Positions 56,010-64,000 of a DNA stretch of 64,000 bases are shown piece after piece. The notes under the pieces were generated by a model, which saw nothing but the letters and a program-made list of their open reading frames with translations, made no database searches and was not told the DNA's origin. The position numbers and the translations under genes are program-made. Source of the DNA: the human T2T-CHM13v2.0 reference genome, Homo sapiens; assembly GCF_009914755.1 (NCBI RefSeq), contig NC_060937.1. One strand, written 5' to 3'. The first letter of the stretch is position 1. Each line of letters starts with the position of its first letter.

Positions 56010-57895
56010 TTTTGTTTGTAAAATTTATTTAAACATAAAATCCACTTGTGTCAACAGATTTATAAAATAATATTTTGAAACACATGAATTTGGTTTATGT
56101 AATTTTGCTTAGCATTTCAAGTTTTTTTAATATGAAATAAATAAGCTTGAATGTATTCACATCTTCTAGGAAAAGCCGAAGATTGCCATGGCTATGACCT
56201 GCTTGTTGTTTGTTCAAATCAATGTATTTGTCTTGTAGTCTGAGCCACTTTGTTATGAAGATACATGTATTTTTCTTCATCATAATTGTGACTAGGCTGC
56301 TTGATCTTTTCATGTTCTTGTAAGACTTCATGAACAATCTGACACTCTTTTGAACTGGAGGAAGGTGCTTTCCTTGTGTGGCAAGAATAATAAATCTTCC
56401 AGCTGTAGTCTCCATCCTGGTATGCAAGGACTCACACTTATCAAACTCAGCACTGAAGTCATCCTTGTAATTCTGATGTTGCTCATGGGAGACCATGGCA
56501 ATATATTTTATCAAATAATCTGGGATTTCAATTTTTAATGAAGTCTCCATGGAAGCAAATGTTTCATTGGAATTCAGACTGCAAGTATTTCATTTGCAAC
56601 TTTTTCTTCCCTTTTAAAGACCTCCTCCTTTTCCTCAGTAGTTTCAAGATCAGCCTTTTTTATTTGATTTCTTTCCTTAGGTTTTTTTTTTTAAATCTTT
56701 TTAGATTTTGTTTTAGAATTTATGTGAGACGTTAAATGGTTTTCTCATAGAGGCTTTGGATGCTTTAGTAGGATTGAATCAGAAAGTAAATTTTCAGTGA
56801 AGTTCTAGAAGTATGTCTTGCTGGTCCTCAGAGATGATATCATTTTGATTAAAACTGTTAGCAGGTAGGCTTTGTGTCCTCTGGCCTTTTATAGTGGTGA
56901 GGGAATTGGAGTTAAAATTTACAATCAGAGGAAGCTTTGAGATGGACAGGTGGGTTGAAGATACAGATGGAGGCATGGGAATGTCAGCAGCTGTGAGGAG
57001 CAGAGAGACCTGCAGCAAAGTTTTCACTAGTAAGATTTAAATGACCATTTAATATTAATTGTATTCTCAATTTGAAGTGAAGTAATTAAACTTTTTCATT
57101 TCTTAAAGAATGAATTAAATCTGAATCCAAAAGCCATTTCTGAGGAGGAACATATATATATACAGCATCTCTACTAGAACATGTAAGGGCTTCTGAATGG
57201 CTGCTGTCTCATCACCCTGAGACACATTTAGTTTTCTAGAGATCAGAAACTCCTATGACTGTCTTTGTTATTGTATCCAGGCTAGTCTCTTTGAATCTCT
57301 TTAAAAACAAACATAACATCTTAAAGTATATGAAAGATCCTTAGAATTCCAGCTGGCTATTTGTTATAGAATTGTTCTGAGGAGGATCTTGTCTTTTGGA
57401 ATGGTGCTGTTCTCTGCAGTGGAGCAAGGAGCTCAGATGTCTTGCTGGCCTGCAGTGTGTAAGTGCATCCCCTTCTGGATAGCTGCTGACAAGGACTGCT
57501 GTTCACATGTGTTCTGAATTGTATTTGCAGGGTTCATGGATGAAAATATTTTACTCTTAGGCACTGTATTTAGAATAGGTTCTCCAAAATTTCACCCTTT
57601 TTTCAACCACTTTTCCTTCTTCTAACTGAATCTCAAGTCAGTTCTTATGAATTAAAGTCTTCCTGCTTGGAATTAAATTCTTGTGGCTCTGATGAGTTTC
57701 CTATGCTGGGGTCACCATTTGGATGAGCTTCACATGCAAAGTGGAGATGTCATGGCTGTCACCTGTGGCACTACTCCTCCCACAGGCTCCCCACCTCACC
57801 TCATTGTCATCATCTAAATTCTCCAGCCCTACCTGCTCCAGCTCCATTGTGGCTTTTCCAGCTACTGCCACAGCTACAGCTGGTGTGCTGCTGGT
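56010..57895 (-). pseudogene. ELL2: Processed pseudogene of RNA polymerase II elongation factor ELL2
   Basis: Collinear intronless remnants: DISTLHVKL (ELL2 NITVLHVKL), MNPANT, PMPPSVSSTHLSIS...QNDIISEDQQD, a Lys-rich tract, and the occludin/ELL domain IEIPDYLIKYIAMVSHEQHQNYKDDFSAEFD. Many stops and frameshifts; AATAAA at about 56024-56029 on the minus strand. Confidence 0.92.
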
Positions 57896-58108
57896 TTGGT
57901 TAATTTTGAGAAAGAAAACAAGCAAACAAACCTCAACAACTTCAAGATAGTTTCCTTCTAGAGTACACAGATATTTAAAAAGGCACAAATATTTATACAT
58001 GGCAATTGTTTTAACAATTCTTTCTAGAAATAATCTAAATCTTTCTTAATCAATAGATGTTTTCTTTTTGAGTCAATGAACCTGAATATATTTAAAGAAA
58101 CAGTTCTA

Positions 58109-58408
58109 GGCTGGGTGTGCTGGCTCACACCTGTAATCCCAGCTCCTTGGGAGGCCAAGACAGGTGGATCATTTGTGTCCAGGAGTTCAAGACCAGCCTG
58201 GGCAACATGGCAAAATCCCATCTCTACAACAAATATACAACTTAGCGGGATATGGTGGCACATGCCAGTAGTCCCAGCTACTCGGGAAGCTGAGGTGGGA
58301 GGATCACTTGAGTCCAGGAGGTGGAGGTGGCAGCGAGCCAAGATCTCACTACTGCAGGCCAGCCTGGGTGACAGAGCAAGACCTTGTCTCCAAAATAAAA
58401 TAAATATA
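58109..58408 (+). mobile_element. AluJ SINE
   Basis: Diverged dimer with A-rich tail. Confidence 0.92.
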
Positions 58409-59142
58409 ATTCTAGTTGATCGCTGGAGGACTATAATCCATAAATCTTTTGAACAACCTAAGTCATATTAGAAAATATAAATTTGTACATAACAAGAATG
58501 GTTATTGAGAAATATTCATGTCATACACTCTACCTGAACTATCAAGCAGAAATTCACTTAAGTGTTACTCTATAATAAGTTCCTTTTCTTTAAATTATTT
58601 ATCTTAAATCATTTTTTGAATAATTGTAGCAAATTCCTAAGAACTCTGATAAACTTTGCTAGACAGGCATACATTGTTGATACCATTGTCTTTAATTTTT
58701 CTGATTTGATTTAGCAGTGATATTAGGCAATATTCCATTTCTGGAGTATTTCAGATATTAAGCTTAATACACTTTCATTTTTTTAGTTGCATAAACAAAT
58801 TCTATGAGAAAACTTTCTCACAGTGCTAGTATCCAGAATTATAACAGCTATTAAACAGTGGCATATTTCTTGCAACAAATAGCACCTATCACACAGTAGC
58901 CTTCATGGCTTCTAACCTTCTAGCCTTCCCAGAGTATTTTAAAACTTCCATTAAATTATGTTCCAATTCTGTGCTTTTTTTGGGAAAACTAGTTTATTAG
59001 ATACTCTTCAGTTATGACATAATTTTTTTTCATGTGTAGTGACTGCATTAATTTGGATAAATGCTAAATAATCATTAGACAAAGATACTCAGGATATAAT
59101 GATGTGTACAAAATGTATTTCCTTTTATTTAATAATATAGAG

Positions 59143-59333
59143 CAGAGGCCAGCAAAGTTTTTCTCTAAAGGACATATGGTTTCTGCTACAGATATTCAGC
59201 TCTGCTGTTGTAGCATGAAAATAGCAGTAGACAATAAGTAAATAAATGAACATGGCTGTATTCCAATAACACTTTATTTACAAAAACAGGCAGCAGGCAA
59301 GATTATGCTTGCAGGCTGTAGTTTGCCGACTTG
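59143..59333. mobile_element. MER58A hAT-Charlie element
   Basis: cagaggccagcaaa...gtagtttgccgacttg; 8-bp TSD atatagag/atgtagag. Confidence 0.85.
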
Positions 59334-62300
59334 ATGTAGAGGGAAGCAGTCCAGGGCCGACAGGCCAGCTCTGTCATTCTCAACACAAGGCTGTTGTGAT
59401 TTCTCCAGACATCACCAATCCCAGCAAATCACTCAAGTATTATCTGCAGCAGGGAAGGGAGAAAGAGAGCATCTAGGGTTATAATCTATAAAGACAAGAT
59501 GGCAATGTTCTTCACTCACTTCCCCCGGTGCATATTTAGCCAGTGGTCCAAAGGAATGAAATTCTAACTGGGTACCCAAAGGTGTGAGGAAAGATCCAGG
59601 ATTCTATAACTAAAAGAATGAATTGGAGAATGGATACTGGGAGGCTGTTAATCAGCTTTTACTTCATTCCACATCTCCCTCACCTTGAGCACACTTATTC
59701 TTTCTCTAAGGGAGACAGTCCGAAATCTCATTCAGCTAATGCATTTGGTTGGAAGTCTGGGATATCTGCACAAGGCTAAGTTGTCTCTCTTGCACGTGGA
59801 TGTGGCTTTTTGAAATCCAGCTACTGTAACTTACTAAGTTATCTTGCTTCTTTTCTAACTCAATATTTAAAAAGAAGTAGGAACAGGATAACTGCAATGA
59901 ATGCTCTCATTATAAACTAGAAAATGGAAACACACAGCCATTTATAAAATATTGCTTGTCAGGGATTTTGAATATTGCCTGAAATGGTTAAACAGAACCT
60001 GAAAATTTGTTGGGTCTAGGACACGAGTACAAAAGGAAGACCACATATCTAATCATATATAATTATTTTATATATGCTGTGCTGTTATATATAGTTTTGC
60101 TGTGCAATTATTTAAAAGTTATATATAGTGCTAATTGTTAAATAAAATATGTCCCATGGCCCTAACTTGAAAAATACACAACAAAATGTTTAAAAATGCA
60201 AATCAATAACCTTTGTAATGTTGAAGGTCAGTTACTTATTAGAACTACAAAGTGTAAGTACAGTATTAATGTACAAGTTTGGGTGTTCTGTTAATGGATC
60301 ACTGATGTTTGGATGACAATCTAATTTCATAAATGTTTTCTGTTGGCAGTGTGCTTTGTTAGACAACTCTTCTTGAAACACTTCAGATTGCAGTTTTGGA
60401 TTAAAATCAAGTTGGGAAAAAATGTCTCTTTCCTGAGTCAGTAGCAACTGAAATTATTAATAAAATTTATAGAACCATATTTATATACAGAACTGTAACA
60501 TGACTTTTCCATGTGTTTAAATTATGTCTCAACATTGCAGAAAAATTTCAAAAATATTTGAATCTATCATATAAATTACTTTTTCTTATATAATGATTCT
60601 TAAATGAACATTGAGAGCCATGCTATATTTCTTATATTATTTTTCATTCAAAATATTCACTGCTAGGATATTTTAAAGAAAAATGAAAATAATAATATGT
60701 TGCTTAATTACTTTTATGCCCTCTTCAATGAAGACTGCATCTTGAATTATTGTGGTCCTACAAATAATCTTTATATAACTTTTAAAGGTTTATTTGCATA
60801 TGAATCTTTTCACTTTCATATTTTTATTTCCTTGTTTTAAGCTCTCTTAGAGATATTATATTGAGCCATCACGCTTGTTGAATACTTTACATATGCTTTC
60901 TTTTGATTTAGCCAAACTATTTTTTCTAAATTATTAAATAGTATTTAAAAGTAGAATAGCGAAACATAAATCTATTTTGTAATCTTTTGCTAGTAATATT
61001 CACAATAAGCAAGAGTTCAAAGACATAACTTGACTATTCAAAATCAACTTTGATATTTGTCATTGGCTAAAGTTTCCTTTTTATGTGAGTGTTTCATTAT
61101 ATTTTTTTACATCTTGTGTTGAGGAGAGAGAGAGAGAGATCAATACATAGGGCTTCTGAAGCCCAGGGATCCGGGCAGTGCCCTCCATGATTGGATCTAA
61201 GAGTGCAATTCACAAGTAGTGGAGTTGCTTCTTGGTGGCCCCATAGGCAGCCCAGAGTAATGCTTTATAATAACTTCTCTGTGCATTTTATCATTTACGG
61301 TACCTGGATTTTTTTCCACTGTTTGGGTCTTTCTTACCTATTGTCCTTCATGATCATATTTAAAGTGGGTGTTAAAAAGTGTGCTTTTCCTGGAACTTCA
61401 TAATATTCATAACACACTTCCTGCTGCTGTAGGTTTGGATGACTGAGGCATACTTTAAGAATTAAATAATTGTACGCTTCTGTTTTCTATACTGTGGTTT
61501 CTTTAACAACGTGCTTTCCTAAAAATAGATAAATAAATAACTCTTGAATTATTTGTTTCAATAAATCATGTGAAAGAATAAATACACAAAGATCCTTTCT
61601 GGACATAATTCTAACCTGCAAAATTTCCAATTTTGTTTGCTGCGTTTTCAGGCTATGATATCTGCTACATCACAACACTAGTGCTTAAACACTAACTAAA
61701 TGTTACACATTTTACGGTTTTCATTACAGCAACAACAAACTATTGGTTGGAATATGTGTTATGCTGTTGCAATAAAAATAACTTAATCTATAATGGCCTT
61801 ACAAGAAGTTAAAGTTTCTCTTACATGTAACAGTCTAGAGTTAGTAGTCCAGGCCTAATGGGGTGGTCATTCTACTCCCAGTACCTAATTCCCAAGGTTG
61901 TTTCACTTGTTGACATTTCCCTGCCAGTACAAATAAAGGAAGAAGTGGCCTAAAGGTGGCACTGAATTGTCAATATAATTTGTAGATATGTATTAGCTCA
62001 ATTTTTAGCCTGGTTTAATTTTTGTAGTTATTTTTGTCGTTATTGTTGCCTGAAAGTGTAAATGCAAAGAATGGCAGATATTTTTATTTTACAATCAAGG
62101 AGTGAGCATTAGAAGACACTTTTTTTTTTTTTTCGGAAAGACAGCACCTTTATCTGCTACATTTTCTGTGGCTTCCTCAAGTTAAGAAGCTAAAACTCAT
62201 TTTTCCAGTTTTCCTTGCATCTACAGCTCAGCAATGCAAATTATACTTCTCTAGTTAGATGTATTTGTTCAAGATGCTTGTATAGAATAGTTACAACAGC

Positions 62301-62480
62301 AGATACTCAATCATTTCCCTCTTGTGAGTGTAGCAAAGTATGACAGAAGTATTCTTCTTTTGAGGCAGTGATGCCCGAGGTGGTAGCAGAATTAGCTCAT
62401 ACCCAGTGTCAATGGTGCAAACTGAGACTCTTGGCTCACTAGCACTGTCAGCTGAATCTCATCATGTATATTTTTATTTC

Positions 62481-63142
62481 TGTAAATCATTGGGGAAATA
62501 TAATTAAAACAAAATGTTCTACTAACCAGAAAACCTCTTGATAAAGGTAGTAAAGAAAGAAAGCAGTTTTATTATTAAATAATCCTTCAACCAGAATGTG
62601 TTGCCCATAACAGATAATCGCTAAGAGATTGCAAAAACAGAAAGAAATCTCATCCTTTTACATAAATAAGCAGATAAAACCCATCACATACTTGTTGTCA
62701 AGATAAACTATTACTAGTCTTTAAGGAGGAGGACTTGAACACGCCATTGGCCCTATGTCATTTATCCTAGATTCACCTGGTAATTTGGGTGTTCATCTGT
62801 GTTAGCTAATTGGCTTTATACAGAGGAAAAACTAAGTTGTTATATCTTGATAAAACGAAGTAATTTTGCAACTTAGAGCAAGTCTTCCCTTAAAGTTAGG
62901 CTCCTATCCTGCCACAGAGACTGGGAGATAAGTTTGCTATCTTCCCTGATATTTACATTTCTGTTTCTGAGTCCTTGTAATTTTCAAATGGAATTATGCG
63001 TGTTTCAGAGAGAGGAAAATGTACTTAATTAAAAGTTTTCTAAGGTAAATGCTCTCAGAAAAATGGAGGGAAAAAAGTGTCTTTTGTTATTTTCAAAAGA
63101 GAGAAGTAAGCCTCTTATTTTAAGTCTTTATTTGTCCTTACA
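62481..63142 (-). mobile_element. Old ERV1 LTR (MER90/MER92-like; subfamily uncertain)
   Basis: Antisense tgtaaggacaaataaa start and AATAAA-type signal; both termini tg..ca. Confidence 0.5.
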
Positions 63143-63629
63143 ATCTGTAGTCTGTGGTCCTAAATCTTTTGTCCTCCAAATTTTTGTGAATTTTCTAATA
63201 TACAGTAAAATACTTTTTGTTATATATTTCATAATATAACTCAAGTGGGGTTCTCTTACTTGCAAATAGTTACCTAACTGACAATAATATATCATCATCT
63301 TATTTAATCCTCATAACAACTCTAACAAATAGGAGCTTATTTGTAGAAATTATAATTTCAAAGATACTTACATAGCTTACCAATTATGTAAATACTGAGT
63401 GAATAGTTGAACTGTGATGTGAAACCAGCTCCATTTGATTCTAGACCATTGCTCATAATCAAGACATTCTTATATGTTTCCTTTCAAAGTATTTGACTAA
63501 CAACCACTTAGGCAATCAAATTATGCTAAGGCTGTCTCATTTGATCAATTCCCTGTCTTTCATTTAAAAATAACTTAGAGGTAACACTCAAATGACAGTG
63601 TGTAAGTTTTAGTTTCCCTGAAAAAGACA

Positions 63630-63644
63630 TGTGTGCCTGTGTGG

Positions 63645-63684
<40 letters not shown>
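63630..63684. repeat. (GT)n microsatellite
   Basis: Seen directly. Confidence 0.95.
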
Positions 63685-63686
<2 letters not shown>

Positions 63687-63947
63687 TGGATGTTGATTAT
63701 TATTTGGCCTATGAAGCATCCATTCCCATCTTATGTTAAGAGCCTGACAACTTCATCAACTTCATTTGACATGTTATCTCTCCCCAATTATGTTTGCTTT
63801 AAGTGGGACTGTAAAGAAAGGAGTTTTTATTATAAGCAAGATAAAGAAATGACACTTAACAAAATCTGTAACAATTGGACTTTGTCTCTTGAAATCTGGA
63901 GTCCTGACCACGATATAGGTTTAAATATGTATCAGAAAACCTGCCCT

Positions 63948-63994
63948 GTATATCCATGTAACAAACCTGCACACGTATCTTAAAGAAAAAAAAA
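63948..63994 (+). mobile_element. Very short L1PA 3' end
   Basis: ccatgtaacaaacctgcacacgta...aaagaaaaaaaaa. Confidence 0.6.
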
Positions 63995-64000
63995 TTAGAA

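Noticed and set aside
56095-56550. 151-aa ORF as a functional occludin/ELL-domain microprotein
   Set aside because: It frameshifts out of ELL2 homology after ...GKHLPP and has many non-conservative changes.
57645-58446. Possible third inverted copy (gcaggaagactttaattcataag on the minus strand versus gctggaggactataatccataaa)
   Set aside because: Only about 18 of 23 bases match with no extension, which is compatible with chance in AT-rich DNA.

Overview
AT-rich primate (human-like) genomic DNA with no supportable intact protein-coding gene. The window is mostly transposable-element debris: about 13 Alus, L1/L2/MIR fragments, MaLR and ERV1 LTRs, DNA transposon fossils, a two-LTR MER61-type non-coding provirus and a solo LTR12. 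It also holds one old processed ELL2 pseudogene on the minus strand (about 56.0-57.9 kb). Three things stand out. (1) A 5'-truncated L1PA copy at 50.5-51.1 kb carries roughly 40-45 A>G changes on its sense strand, which looks like an ADAR-hyper-edited L1 RNA that was reverse-transcribed and fixed in the genome. (2) The same insertion has a 26-nt probable 3' transduction, a second poly(A) and a target-site duplication (TSD). (3) Two separate inverted insertions of about 140-160 bp (9.9 kb and 41.7 kb) were each apparently copied from DNA about 820-860 bp away, and both pairs are about 85% identical. Repeat subfamily names come from recalled consensus sequences and hand alignment, so they need RepeatMasker/Dfam confirmation.
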